Positions 1 to 13,000 of a DNA stretch of 20,000 bases are shown here, piece by piece; positions within the stretch are counted from its first letter, which is position 1; each line of letters starts with the position of its first letter. The notes beneath the pieces were generated by a model. The model searched no databases and was not told where the DNA came from. It worked only from the letters and a program-made list of their open reading frames with translations. Position numbers and translations under genes: made by a program. The stretch spans positions 118,096,485 through 118,116,484 of the forward strand of contig NC_086108.1 of the NCBI RefSeq assembly GCF_963921235.1, written 5' to 3'. Source of the DNA: Mobula hypostoma. Taxonomy: Eukaryota.

Positions 1-2408
1 AGGGCAGGAGTTTCAGGGCAGGAGTTTCAGGGCAGGAGATTCAGGGCAGGAGATTCAGGGCAGGAGATTCAGGGCAGGAGTTTCAGGGCAGGAGTTTCAG
101 GACATGAGTTTCAGGGCATGAGATTCAGGGCAGGAGTTTCAGGGCAGGAGATTCAGGGCAGGAGTTTCAGGGCAGGAGATTCAGGGCAGGAGTTTGAGGA
201 TTGGAGTTTCAGGGCAGGAGTTTCAGGGCTGAGTTTCATGGCAGTGAGATTCAGGGCAGGAGTTTCAGGGCATGAGATTCAGGGCAGGAGTTTCAGGGCA
301 GGAGATTCAGGGCATGAGATTCAGGGCAGGAGATTCAGGGCATGAGATTCAGGGCAGGAGTTTCAGGGCAGGAGATTCAGGGCAGGAGTTTCAGGGCATG
401 AGATTCAGGGCAGGAGTTTCAGGGCAGGAGATTCAGGGCAGGAGTTTCAGGGCATGAGATTCAGGGCATGAGTTTCAGGGCAGGAGATTCAGGGCAGGAG
501 TTTCAGGGCAGGAGATTCAGGGCATGAGATTCAGGGCATGAGTTTCAGGGCATGAGATTCAGGGCAGGAGTTTCAGGGCAGGAGATTCAGGGCAGGAGTT
601 TCAGGGCATGAGATTCAGGGCAGGAGTTTCAGGGCTTGAGATTCAGGGCAGGAGTTTCAGGGCATGAGATTCAGGGCAGTAGTTTCAGGGCATGAGATTC
701 AGGGCAGGAGTTTCAGGGCATGAGATTCAGGGCTGTGGTTTCAGGGCAGGAGATTCAGGGCAGGAGTTTCAGGGCATGAGATTCAGGGCAGTAGTTTCAG
801 GGCATGAGATTCAGGGCAGGAGTTTCAGGGCATGAGATTCAGGGCATGAGTTTCAGGGCATGAGATTCAGGGCATGAGTTTCAGAACAGGAGTTTCAGGG
901 CATGAGATTCAGGGCAGTAGTTTCAGGGCATGAGATTCAGGGCAGGAGTTTCAGGGCATGAGATTCAGGGCAGGAGTTTCAGGGCATGAGATTCAGGGCA
1001 GGAGTTTCAGGGCATGAGATTCAGGGCAGGAGTTTCAGGGCATGAGATTCAGGGCATGAGATTCAGGGCAGGAGATTCAGGGCAGGAGTTTCAGGGCATG
1101 AGATTCAGGGCATGAGATTCAGGGCAGGAGATTCAGGGCAGGAGTTTCAGGGCATGAGATTCAGGGCATGAGTTTCAGGGCAGGAGATTCAGGGCAGGAG
1201 TTTCAGGGCATGAGATTCAGGGCATGAGATTCAGGGCATGAGATTCAGGGCATGAGTTTCAGAACAGGAGTTTCAGGGCATGAGATTCAGGGCTGTAGTT
1301 TCAGGGCATGAGATTCAGGGCAGGAGTTTCAGGGCATGAGATTCAGGGCATGAGTTTCAGACCAGGAGTTTCAAGGCATGAGATTCAGGGCATTAGTTTC
1401 AGGGCTTGAGATTCAGGGCAGGAGTTTCAGGGCATGAGATTCAGGGCAGGAGTTTCAGGGCATGAGATTCAGGGCATGAGATTCAGGGCAGGAGATTCAG
1501 GGCATGAGTTTCAGGGCATGAGATTCAGGGCATGAGTTTCAGGGCAGGAGATTCAGGGCAGGAGTTTCAGGGCATGAGATTCAGGGCATGAGATTCAGGG
1601 CTGTGGTTTCAGGGCAGGAGATTCAGGGCAGGAGTTTCAGGGCTTGAGATTCAGGGCAGGAGTTTCAGGGCATGAGATTCAGGGCAGGAGATTCAGGACA
1701 GGAGTTTCAGGGCATGAGATTCAGGGCAGGAGTTTCAGGGCATGAGATTCAGGGCATGAGTTTCAGGGCAGGAGATTCAGGGCATGAGTTTTCAGGGCAG
1801 GAGTTTCAGAGCAGGAGTTTCAAGGCATGAGATTCAGGGCAGTAGTTTCAGGGCTTGAGATTCAGGGCAGGAGTTTCAGGGCATGAGATTCAGGGCAGGA
1901 GTTTCAGGGCATGAGATTCAGGGCATGAGTTTCAGGGCAGGAGATTCAGGGCAGGAGTTTCAGGGCATGAGATTCAGGGCATGAGTTTCAGGGCAGGAGT
2001 TTCAGAGCAGGAGTTTCAAGGCATGAGATTCAGGGCAGGAGTTTCAGGGCTTGAGATTCAGAGCAGGAGTTTCAGGGCATTAGATTCAGGGCTTGAGATT
2101 CAGGACAGGAGTTTCAGGGCAGGAGATTCAGAGCAGGAGTTTCAGGGCATGAGATTCAGGGCTGGAGTTTCAGGGCAGGAGATTCATGGCAGTAGTTTCA
2201 GGGCATGAGATTCAGGACAGGAGTTTCAGGGCATGATATTCAGAGCAGGAGTTTCAGGGCATGAGATTCAGGGCATGAGATTCAGGGCGGGAGATACAGG
2301 GCATGAGTTTCAGGGTATGAGATTCAGGGCATGAGTTTCAGGGCAGGAGATTCTGGGCAGGAGTTTCAGGGCATGAGATTCAGGGCATGAGTTTCAGGGC
2401 ATGAGATT

Positions 2409-3612
2409 CAGGTCATGAGTTTCAGACCAGGGGTTTCAAGGCATGAGATTCAGGGCATTAGTTTCAGGGCATGAGATTCAGGGCAGGAATTTCAGGGCAT
2501 GAGATTCAGGGCATGAGTTTCAGGGCATGGGATTCAGGGCATGAATTTCAGAGCAGGAGTTTCAAGGCATGAGATTCAGGGCAGTAGTTTCAGGGCTTGA
2601 GATTCCGGGCAGTAGTTTCAGGGCTTGAGATTCAGGGCATGAGATTCAGGGCAGGAGATTCAGGACAGGAGTTTCAGGGCATGAGATTCAGGGCTGTGCT
2701 TTCAGGGCAGGAGTTTAAGGGGATGAGAATCAGGGCATGAGTTTCAGAGCAGGAGTTTCAAGGCACGAGATTCAGAGCAGTAGTTTCAGGGCTTGTGATT
2801 CAGGGCAGGAGTTTGAGAGCATGAGATTCAGGGTAGTACATTCATGGCTTGAGATTCAGGGCATGAGATTCAGGGCAGGAGATTCAGGAAAGTAGTTTCA
2901 TGGCATGAGATTAAGGGCTGTGGTTTCAGGGCAGGAGATTCAGGGCAGGAGTTTCAGGGCTTGAGATTCGAAGCCGGAGTTTCAGGGCATGAGATTCAGG
3001 GCAGTAGATTCAGGGCTTGAGATTCAGGGCATGAGATTCAGGGCATGAGATTCAGGGCAGGATATTCAGGAAAGGAGTTTCAGGGCATGAGATTCAGGGC
3101 TGTGGTTTCAGGGCAGGAGATTCAGGGCAGGAGTTTAAAGGCATGAGATTCAGGGCAGTAGTTTCAGGGCTTGAGATTCAGGGCAGGAGTTTCAGGGCAT
3201 GAGATTCAGGGCAGTAGATTCAGGGCTTGAGATTCAGGGCATGAGATTCAGGGCAGGAGATTCAGGGCAGGAGTTTCAGGGCTTGAGATTCAGGGCAGGA
3301 GATTCAGGACAGGAGTTTCAGGGCATGAGATTCAGGGCTGTGGTTTCAGGGCAGGAGATTCAGGGCAGGAGTTTCAGGGCTGGAGAATCAGGGCATGAGT
3401 TTCAGAGCAGGATTTTCAAGGCACGAGATTCAGGGCAGGGGTTTCAGGGCATGAGATTCAGGGCAGGAGGTTCAGGACAGGAGTTTCAGGGCATGATATT
3501 CAGAGCAGGAGTTTCTGGGCATGAGATTCAGGGCATGAGATTCAGGGCAGGAGATTCAGGGCATGAGTTTAAGAACAGGAGTTTTAAGGCAGGAGATTCT
3601 GGGCAGGAGTTT
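2409..3612 (+). repeat. Higher-order variant cassette, copy 1
   Basis: Ordered rare units: caggtcat (2409), cagaccagggg, cattag, caggaattt, catgaattt, ccgggcagtag, aaggggatgagaat, caaggcacgag, cagggtagtacattcatggctt (2829), cgaagccgg, caggatatt-caggaaagg, ctggagaat, caggaggtt, catgatatt, aagaacaggagttttaaggc, ctgggc (3599). Boundaries are approximate. Confidence 0.9.
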
Positions 3613-3919
3613 CAGGGCATGAGATTCAGGGCATGAGTTTCAGGGCATGAGATTCAGGGCATGAGTTTCAGACAGGAGTTTCAAGGCATGAGATTCAGGG
3701 CAGGAGTTTCAGGGCATGAGATTCAGGGCAGGAGATTCAGGACAGGAGTTTCAGGGCATGAGATTCAGGGCAGGAGTTTCAGGGCATGAGATTCAGGGCA
3801 TGAGATTCAGGGCATGAGATTCAGGGCATGAGTTTAAGAACAGGAGTTTTAAGGCAGGAGATTCTGGGCAGGAGTTTCAGGGCATGAGATTCAGGGCATG
3901 AGTTTCAGGGCATGAGATT

Positions 3920-5001
3920 CAGGTCATGAGTTTCAGACCAGGGGTTTCAAGGCATGAGATTCAGGGCATTAGTTTCAGGGCATGAGATTCAGGGCAGGAA
4001 TTTCAGGGCATGAGATTCAGGGCATGAGTTTCAGGGCATGGGATTCAGGGCATGAATTTCAGAGCAGGAGTTTCAAGGCATGAGATTCAGGGCAGTAGTT
4101 TCAGGGCTTGAGATTCCGGGCAGTAGTTTCAGGGCTTGAGATTCAGGGCATGAGATTCAGGGCAGGAGATTCAGGACAGGAGTTTCAGGGCATGAGATTC
4201 AGGGCTGTGGTTTCAGGGCAGGAGTTTAAGGGGATGAGAATCAGGGCATGAGTTTCAGAGCAGGAGTTTCAAGGCACGAGATTCAGAGCAGTAGTTTCAG
4301 GGCTTGTGATTCAGGGCAGGAGTTTGAGAGCATGAGATTCAGGGTAGTACATTCATGGCTTGAGATTCAGGGCATGAGATTCAGGGCAGGAGATTCAGGA
4401 AAGGAGTTTCATGGCATGAGATTAAGGGCTGTGGTTTCAGGGCAGGAGATTCAGGGCAGGAGTTTCAGGGCTTGAGATTCGAAGCCGGAGTTTCAGGGCA
4501 TGAGATTCAGGGCAGTAGATTCAGGGCTTGAGATTCAGGGCATGAGATTCAGGGCAGGATATTCAGGAAAGGAGTTTCAGGGCATGAGATTCAGGGCTGT
4601 GGTTTCAGGGCAGGAGATTCAGGGCAGGAGTTTAAAGGCATGAGATTCAGGGCAGTAGTTTCAGGGCTTGAGATTCAGGGCAGGAGTTTCAGGGCATGAG
4701 ATTCAGGGCAGTAGATTCAGGGCTTGAGATTCAGGGCATGAGATTCAGGGCAGGAGATTCAGGGCATGAGATTCAGGGCAGGAGATTCAGGACAGGAGTT
4801 TCAGGGCATGAGATTCAGGGCTGTGGTTTCAGGGCAGGAGATTCAGGGCAAGAGTTTCAGCGCTGGAGAATCAGGGCATGAGTTTCAGAGCAGGATTTTC
4901 AAGGCACGAGATTCAGGGCAGGTTTCAGTTTCAGGGCATGAGATTCAGGGCAGGAGGTTCAGGACAGGAGTTTCAGGGCATGATATTCAGAGCAGGAGTT
5001 T
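3920..5001 (+). repeat. Higher-order variant cassette, copy 2
   Basis: Same ordered markers: caggtcat at 3920 and cagggtagtacatt at 4340, both 1,511 bp after copy 1 (108 units minus one 1-bp deletion). Confidence 0.9.
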
Positions 5002-5617
5002 CAGGGCATGAGATTCAGGGCATGAGATTCAGGGCAGGAGATTCAGGGCATGAGTTTCAGGGCATGAGATTCAGGGCATGAGTTTCAGGGCACGAGGTTT
5101 AGGGCAGGTGTTTCAGGGCATGAGATTCAGGGCATGATTTTCAGGGCAGGTGTTTCAGAGCAGGAGTTTCAAGGCATGAGATTCAAGGCAGTAGTTTCAG
5201 GGCTTGAGATTCAGAGCAGGAGTTTCAGGGCATTAGATTCAGGGCTTGAGATTCAGGACAGGAGTTTCAGGGCAGGAGATTCAGAGCAGGAGTTTCAGGG
5301 CATGAGATTCAGGGCTGGAGTTTCAGGGCAGGAGATTCATGGCAGTAGTTTCAGGGCATGAGATTCAGGGCAGGAGTTTCAGGGCTTGAGATTCAGAGCA
5401 GGAGTTTCAGGGCATGAGATTCAGGGCTGGAGTTTCAGGGCAGGAGATTCATGGCAGTAGTTTCAGGGCATGAGATTCAGGGCATGCGATTCAGGGCATG
5501 AGATTCAGGGCATGAGTTTAAGAACAGGAGTTTTAAGGCATGAGATTCAGGGCAGTAGTTTCAGGGCATGAGATTAAGGGCAGGAGTTTCGGGGCATGAG
5601 ATTCAGGGCATGAGTTT

Positions 5618-6191
5618 CAGACCAGGAGTTTCAAGGCATGAGATTCAGGGCATTAGTTTCAGGGCTTGAGATTCAGGGCACGAATTTCAGGGCATGAGAT
5701 TCATGGCATGAGATTCAGGGCATGAGATTCAGGGCATGAGATTCAGGGCAGGAGATTCAGGACAGGAGTTTCAGGGCATGAGATTCAGGGCTGTGCTTTC
5801 AGGGCAGGAGTTTAAGGGCATGAGAATCAGGGCATGAGTTTCAGAACAGGAGTTTCAAGGCACGAGATTCAGTGCAGTAGTTTCAGGGCTTGAGATTCAG
5901 GGCAGGAGTTTCAGGGCATGAGATTCAGGGCAGTAGATTCAGGGCTTGAGATTCAGGGCATGAGATTCAGGGCAGGAGATTCAGGGAATGAGATTCAGGG
6001 CATGAGATTCAGGGCAGGAGATTCAGGAAAGGAGTTTCAGGGCATGAGATTCAGGGCTGTGGTTTCAGGGCAGGAGATTCAGGGCAGGAGTTTCAGGGCA
6101 TGAGATTCAGGGCAGTAGTTTCAGGGCTTGAGATTCAGGGCAGGAGTTTCAGGGCATGAGATTCAGGGCAGTAGATTCAGGGCTTGAGATT
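5618..6191 (+). repeat. Higher-order variant cassette, partial/deleted copy 3
   Basis: Contains cagacc (5618), cattag, gaattt, caggac, ctgtgcttt, aagggcatgagaat, caaggcacgag, cagtgcagtag (5870), caggaaagg and ctgtggttt. It lacks the gggtagtacatt marker. Confidence 0.7.
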
Positions 6192-9100
6192 CAGGGCATG
6201 AGTTTCAGGGCAGGAGATTCAGGGCAGGAGTTTCAGGGCATGAGATTCAGGGCAGGAGATTCAGGGCAGGAGATTCAGGGCATGAGTTTCAGGGCATGAG
6301 ATTCAGGGCATGAGATTCAGGGCAGGAGTTTCAGGGCATGAGATTCAGGGCAGGAGATTCAGGGCAGGAGTTTCAGGGCAGGAGTTTCAGGGCATGAGAT
6401 TCAGGGCATGAGATTCAGGGCATGAGTTTCAGGGCAGGAGATTCAGGGCAGGAGTTTCAGGGCATGAGATTCAGGGCAGGAGTTTCAGGGCAGGAGTTTC
6501 AGGGCATGAGATTCAGGGCATGAGTTTCAGGGCAGGAGATTCAGGGCAGGAGTTTCAGGGCATGAGATTCAGGGCAGGAGTTTCAGGGCATGAGATTCAG
6601 GGCATGAGTTTCAGGGCAGGAGATTCAGGGCAGGAGTTTCAGGGCATGAGATTCAGGGCAGGAGTTTCAGGGCATGAGATTCAGGGCAGGAGTTTCAGGG
6701 CAGGAGATTCAGGGCATGAGTTTCAGGGCAGGAGATTCAGGGCAGGAGTTTCAGGGCATGAGATTCAGGGCAGGAGTTTCAGGGCAGGAGATTCAGGGCA
6801 GGAGTTTCAGGGCATGAGATTCAGGGCAGGAGTTTCAGGGCATGAGATTCAGGGCAGGAGTTTCAGGGCATGAGATTCAGGGCAGGAGTTTCAGGGCATG
6901 AGATTCAGGGCAGGAGATTCAGGGCAGGAGTTTCAGGGCATGAGATTCAGGGCAGGAGTTTCAGGGCAGGAGTTTCAGGGCAGGAGATTCAGGGCAGGAG
7001 ATTCAGGGCAGGAGATTCAGGGCAGGAGTTTCAGGGCATGAGATTCAGGGCAGGAGTTTCAGGGCAGGAGATTCAGGGCAGGAGTTTCAGGGCATGAGAT
7101 TCAGGGCAGGAGTTTCAGGGCAGGAGTTTCAGGGCAGGAGTTTCAGGGCATGAGTTTCAGGGCAGGAGATTCAGGGCAGGAGTTTCAGGGCATGAGATTC
7201 AGGGCAGGAGTTTCAGGGCATGAGATTCAGGGCATGAGTTTCAGGGCAGGAGATTCAGGGCAGGAGATTCAGGGCATGAGATTCAGGGCAGGAGTTTCAG
7301 GGCATGAGATTCAGGGCAGGAGTTTCAGGGCATGAGATTCAGGGCAGGAGATTCAGGGCAGGAGTTTCAGGGCATGAGATTCAGGGCAGGAGATTCAGGG
7401 CAGGAGTTTCAGGGCAGGAGTTTCAGGGCATGAGATTCAGGGCAGGAGTTTCAGGGCAGGAGATTCAGGGCAGGAGTTTCAGGGCATGAGATTCAGGGCA
7501 GGAGTTTCAGGGCATGAGATTCAGGGCAGGAGTTTCAGGGCAGGAGATTCAGGGCAGGAGTTTCAGGGCATGAGATTCAGGGCAGGAGTTTCAGGGCAGG
7601 AGATTCAGGGCAGGAGTTTCAGGGCATGAGATTCAGGGCAGGAGATTCAGGGCAGGAGTTTCAGGGCATGAGATTCAGGGCATGAGATTCAGGGCAGGAG
7701 TTTCAGGGCATGAGATTCAGGGCATGAGATTCAGGGCATGAGTTTCAGGGCATGGAGTTTCAGGGCATGAGATTCAGGGCATTAGTTTCAGGGCTTGAGA
7801 TTCAGGGCAGGAGTTTCAGGGCATGAGATTCAGGGCAGTAGATTCAGGGCAGTAGTTTCATGGCATGAGATTCAGGGCAGGAGTTTCAGGGCAGGAGATT
7901 CAGGGCATGAGATTCAGGGCAGGAGATTCAGGGCATGAGATTCAGGGCAGGAGTTTCAGGGCAGGAGATTCAGGGCAGGAGTTTCAGGGCATGAGATTCA
8001 GGGCAGGAGTTTCAGGGCAGGAGATTCAGGGCAGGAGTTTCAGGGCATGAGATTCAGGGCATGAGTTTCAGGGCAGGAGTTTCAGGGCATGAGATTCAGG
8101 GCAGGAGTTTCAGGGCATGAGATTCAGGGCAGGAGTTTCAGGGCATGAGATTCAGGGCAGGAGTTTCAGGGCATGAGATTCAGGGCAGGAGTTTCAGGGC
8201 AGGAGATTCAGGGCAGGAGATTCAGGGCATGAGATTCAGGGCAGGAGATTCAGGGCATGAGATTCAGGGCATGAGATTCAGGGCAGGAGTTTCAGGGCAT
8301 GAGTTTCAGGGCTGGAGATTCAGGGCATGAGTTTCAGGGCAGGAGATTCAGGGCAGGAGTTTCAGGGCATGAGATTCAGGGCATGAGATTCAGGGCAGGA
8401 GTTTCAGGGCATGAGATTCAGGGCAGGAGTTTCAGGGCAGGAGATTCAGGGCAGGAGATTCAGGGCATGAGATTCAGGGCAGGAGTTTCAGGGCAGGAGA
8501 TTCAGGGCATGAGTTTCAGGGCAGGAGATTCAGGGCAGGAGTTTCAGGGCATGAGATTCAGGGCAGGAGATTCAGGGCATGAGATTCAGGGCATGAGATT
8601 CAGGGCAGGAGTTTCAGGGCATGAGATTCAGGGCAGGAGTTTCAGGGCATGAGATTCAGGGCATGAGTTTCAGGGCAGGAGATTCAGGGCATGAGATTCA
8701 GGGCATGAGATTCAGGGCAGGAGATTCAGGGCATGAGATTCAGGGCATGAGATTCAGGGCAGGAGTTTCAGGGCATGAGATTCAGGGCAGGAGTTTCAGG
8801 GCATGAGATTCAGGGCAGGAGATTCAGGGCAGGAGATTCAGGGCATGAGATTCAGGGCAGGAGATTCAGGGCAGGAGTTTCAGGGCATGAGATTCAGGGC
8901 AGGAGATTCAGGGCAGGAGATTCAGGGCAGGAGTTTCAGGGCATGAGATTCAGGGCATGAGATTCAGGGCAGGAGTTTCAGGGCATGAGATTCAGGGCAG
9001 TAGTTTCAGGGCATGAGATTCAGGGCAGGAGTTTCAGGGCAGGAGTTTCAGGGCATGAGATTCAGGGCATGAGTTTCAGGGCAGGAGATTCAGGGCAGGA

Positions 9101-9890
9101 GTTTCAGGGCATGAGATTCAGGGCAGGAGTTTCAGGGCATGAGATTCAGGGCATGAGTTTCAGGGCAGGAGATTCAGGGCAGGAGATTCAGGGCATGAGA
9201 TTCAGGGCAGGAGTTTCAGGGCATGAGATTCAGGGCAGGAGTTTCAGGGCATGAGATTCAGGGCAGGAGATTCAGGGCAGGAGTTTCAGGGCATGAGATT
9301 CAGGGCAGGAGATTCAGGGCAGGAGTTTCAGGGCAGGAGTTTCAGGGCAGGAGATTCAGGGCAGGAGATTCAGGGCAGGAGTTTCAGGGCAGGAGTTTCA
9401 GGGCAGGAGTTTCAGGATATGAGTTTCAGGGCATGAGATTCAGGGCAGGAGTTTCAGGGACAGGAGATTCAGGGCAGGAGTTTCAGGGCATGAGATTCAG
9501 GGCAGGAGTTTCAGGGCAGGAGATTCAGGGCAGGAGTTTCAGGGCATGAGATTCAGGGCAGTAGTTTCAGGGCAGGAGTTTCAGGGCATGAGATTCAGGG
9601 CAGGAGTTTCAGGGCATGAGATTCAGGGCAGGAGTTTCAGGGCAGGAGATTCAGGGCATGAGATTCAGGGCAGGAGATTCAGGGCATGAGATTCAGGGCA
9701 TGAGTTTCAGGAGAGGAGTTTCAGGGCAGGAGATTCAGGGCAGGAGATTCAGGGCATGAGTTTCAGGGCAGGAGATTCAGGGCAGGAGTTTCAGGGCATG
9801 AGATTCAGGGCAGGAGTTTCAGGGCATGAGATTCAGGGCATGAGTTTCAGGGCAGGAGATTCAGGGCAGGAGTTTCAGGGCATGAGTTTA
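6192..9890 (+). repeat. Homogeneous sub-domain made almost entirely of the four major unit variants
   Basis: From ~6192 to ~7745 I see only the four major variants. From there to 9890 there are only about a dozen exceptions (e.g. 7746-7872 cluster, ctggag 8307, cagtag 8993, caggatat 9413, caggagagg 9708). Confidence 0.85.
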
Positions 9891-10058
9891 CAGGGCAGGA
9901 GATTCAGGGCAGGAGTTTCAGTGCAGGAGTTTCAGCGCAGGAGATTCAGAGCAGGAGTTTCAGGACAGGAGATTCTGGGCATTAGTTTCAGGGCATGAAA
10001 ATCAGGGCAGCAGTTTCAGGGCAGGAGATTCAGGGCAGGAGTTTCAGGGCAGGAGATT

Positions 10059-13000
10059 CAGGACATGAGTTTCAGGGCATGAGATTCAGGGCAGCAGTTT
10101 CAGGGCAGGAGATTCAGGGCAGGAGTTTCAGGGCAGGAGATTCAGGGCAGGAGTTTTAGGACTGGAGATTCAGGGCAGGAGTTTCAGGGCATGAGATTCA
10201 GGGCAGTAGATTCAGGGCAGTAGTTTCATGGCATGAGATTCAGGGCTGTAGTTTCAGGGCAGGAGATTCAGGGCATGAGATTCAGGGCAGGAGATTCAGG
10301 GCATGAGATTCAGGGCAGGAGTTTCAGGGCAGGAGATTCAGGGCAGGAGTTTCAGGGCATGAGATTCAGGGCAGGAGTTTCAGGGCAGGAGATTCAGGGC
10401 AGGAGTTTCAGGGCATGAGATTCAGGGCATGAGTTTCAGGGCAGGAGATTCAGGGCAGGAGTTTCAGGGCAGGAGATTCAGGGCATGAGATTCAGGGCAG
10501 GAGATTCAGGGCATGAGATTCAGGGCAGGAGTTTCAGGACAGGAGATTCAGGGCAGGAGTTTCAGGGCATGAGATTCAGGGCAGGAGTTTCAGGGCTTGA
10601 GATTCAGGGCAGTAGATTCAGGGCATGAGATTCAGGGCAGTAGTTTAAGGGCATGAGATTCAGGGCAGGAGATTCATGGCATGAGATTCAGGGCTGTGGT
10701 TTCAGGGCAGGAGATTCAGGGCAGGAGTTTCAGGGCATGAGATTCAGGGCAGTAGTTTCAGGGCATGAGATTCAGGGCAGGAGTTTCAGGGCATGAGATT
10801 CAGGGCATGAGATTCAGGGCATGAGATTCAGGGCATGAGTTTCAGAACAGGAGTTTCAAGGCATGAGATTCAGGGCAGTAGTTTCAGGGCTTGAGATTCA
10901 GGGCAGGAGTTTCAGGGCATGAGATTCAGGGCATGAGTTTCAGGGCTTGAGATTCAGGGCAGGAGTTTCAGGGCATGAGATTCAGGGCAGGAGTTTCAGG
11001 GCATGAGATTCAGGGCAGGAGTTTCAGGGCATGAGATTCAGGGCATGAGATTCAGGGCAGGAGATTCAGGGCATGAGTTTCAGGGCATGAGATTCAGGGC
11101 AGGAGTTTCAGGGCATGAGATTCAGGGCAGGAGTTTCAGGGCATGAGATTCAGGGCATGAGATTCAGGGCAGGAGATTCAGGGCAGGAGTTTCAGGGCAT
11201 GAGATTCAGGGCATGAGTTTCAGGGCAGGAGATTCAGGGCAGGAGTTTCAGGGCATGAGATTCAGGGCATGAGTTTCAGGGCATGAGATTCAGGGCATGA
11301 GTTTCAGAACAGGAGTTTCAAGGCATGAGATTCAGGGCAGTAGTTTCAGGGCTTGAGATTCAGGGCAGGAGTTTCAGGGCATGAGATTCAGGGCAGGAGT
11401 TTCAGGGCATGAGATTCAGGGCATGAGATTCAGGGCAGGAGATTCAGGGCATGAGTTTCAGGGCATGAGATTCAGGGCATGAGTTTCAGGGCAGGAGATT
11501 CAGGGCAGGAGTTTCAGGGCATGAGATTCAGGGCATGAGTTTCAGGGCATGAGATTCAGGGCTGTGGTTTCAGGGCAGGAGATTCAGGGCAGGAGTTTCA
11601 GGGCTTGAGATTCACGGCAGGAGTTTCAGGGCATGAGATTCAGGGCAGGAGATTCAGGACAGGAGTTTCAGGGCATGATATTCAGGGCAGGAGTTTCAGG
11701 GCATGAGATTCAGGGCATGAGTTTCAGGGCATGAGATTCAGGGCATGATTTTCAGGGCAGGTGTTTCAGAGCAGGAGTTTCAAGGCATGAGATTCAAGGC
11801 AGTGGTTTCAGGGCTTGAGATTCAGAGCAGGAGTTTCAGGGCATTAGATTCAGGGCTTGAGATTCAGGACAGGAGTTTCAGGGCAGGAGATTCAGAGCAG
11901 GAGTTTCAGGGCATGAGATTCAGGGCAGGAGTTTCAGGGCAGGAGATTCATGGCAGTAGTTTCAGGGCATGAGATTCAGGGCAGGAGTTTCAGGGCATGA
12001 GATTCAGGGCATGAGTTTCAGGGCATGAGATTCAGGGCATGAGTTTCAGGGCAGGAGTTTCAGAGCAGGAGTTTCAAGGCATGAGATTCAGGGCAGTAGT
12101 TTCAGGGCTTGAGATTCAGGGCAGGAGTTTCAGGGCATGAGATTCAGGGCATGAGATTCAGGGCAGGAGTTTCAGGGCAGGAGATTCAGGGCAGGAGTTT
12201 CAGGGCATGAGATTCAGGGCAGGAGTTTCAGGGCATGAGATTCAGAGCAGGAGTTTCAGGGCATGAGATTCAGGGCATGAGTTTCAGGGCAGGAGATTCA
12301 GGGCAGGAGTTTCAGGGCATGAGATTCAGGGCGGGAGATACAGGGCATGAGTTTCAGGGTATGAGATTCAGGGCATGAGTTTCAGGGCAGGAGATTCTGG
12401 GCAGGAGTTTCAGGGCATGAGATTCAGGGCATGAGTTTCAGGGCATGAGATTCAGGTCATGAGTTTCAGACCAGGGGTTTCAAGGCATGAGATTCAGGGC
12501 ATTAGTTTCAGGGCTTGAGATTCAGGGCAGGAATTTCAGGGCATGAGATTCAGGGCATGAGTTTCAGGGCATGAGATTCAGGGCATGAATTTCAGAGCAG
12601 GAGTTTCAAGGCATGAGATTCAGGGCAGTAGTTTCAGGGCTTGAGATTCCGGGCAGTAGTTTCAGGGCTTGAGATTCAGGGCATGAGATTCAGGGCAGGA
12701 GATTCAGGACAGGAGTTTCAGGGCATGAGATTCAGGGCTGTGCTTTCAGGGCAGGAGTTTAAGGGGATGAGAATCAGGGCATGAGTTTCAGAGCAGGAGT
12801 TTCAAGGCACGAGATTCAGTGCAGTAGTTTCAGGGCTTGAGATTCAGGGCAGGAGTTTGAGGGCATGAGATTCAGGGTAGTACATTCATGGCTTGAGATT
12901 CAGGGCATGAGATTCAGGGCAGCAGATTCAGGAAAGGAGTTTCATGGCTTGAGATTAAGGGCTGTGGTTTCAGGGCAGGAGATTCAGGGCAGGAGTTTCA

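Noticed and set aside
6192..7745. Long open frames if TGA were recoded (Trp/Gly/Sec)
   Set aside because: TGA is the only stop in the consensus on both strands, so all six frames would open equally, which is uninformative. Diverged regions add TAG/TAA and frameshifting indels, and there is no sign of codon-position constraint.
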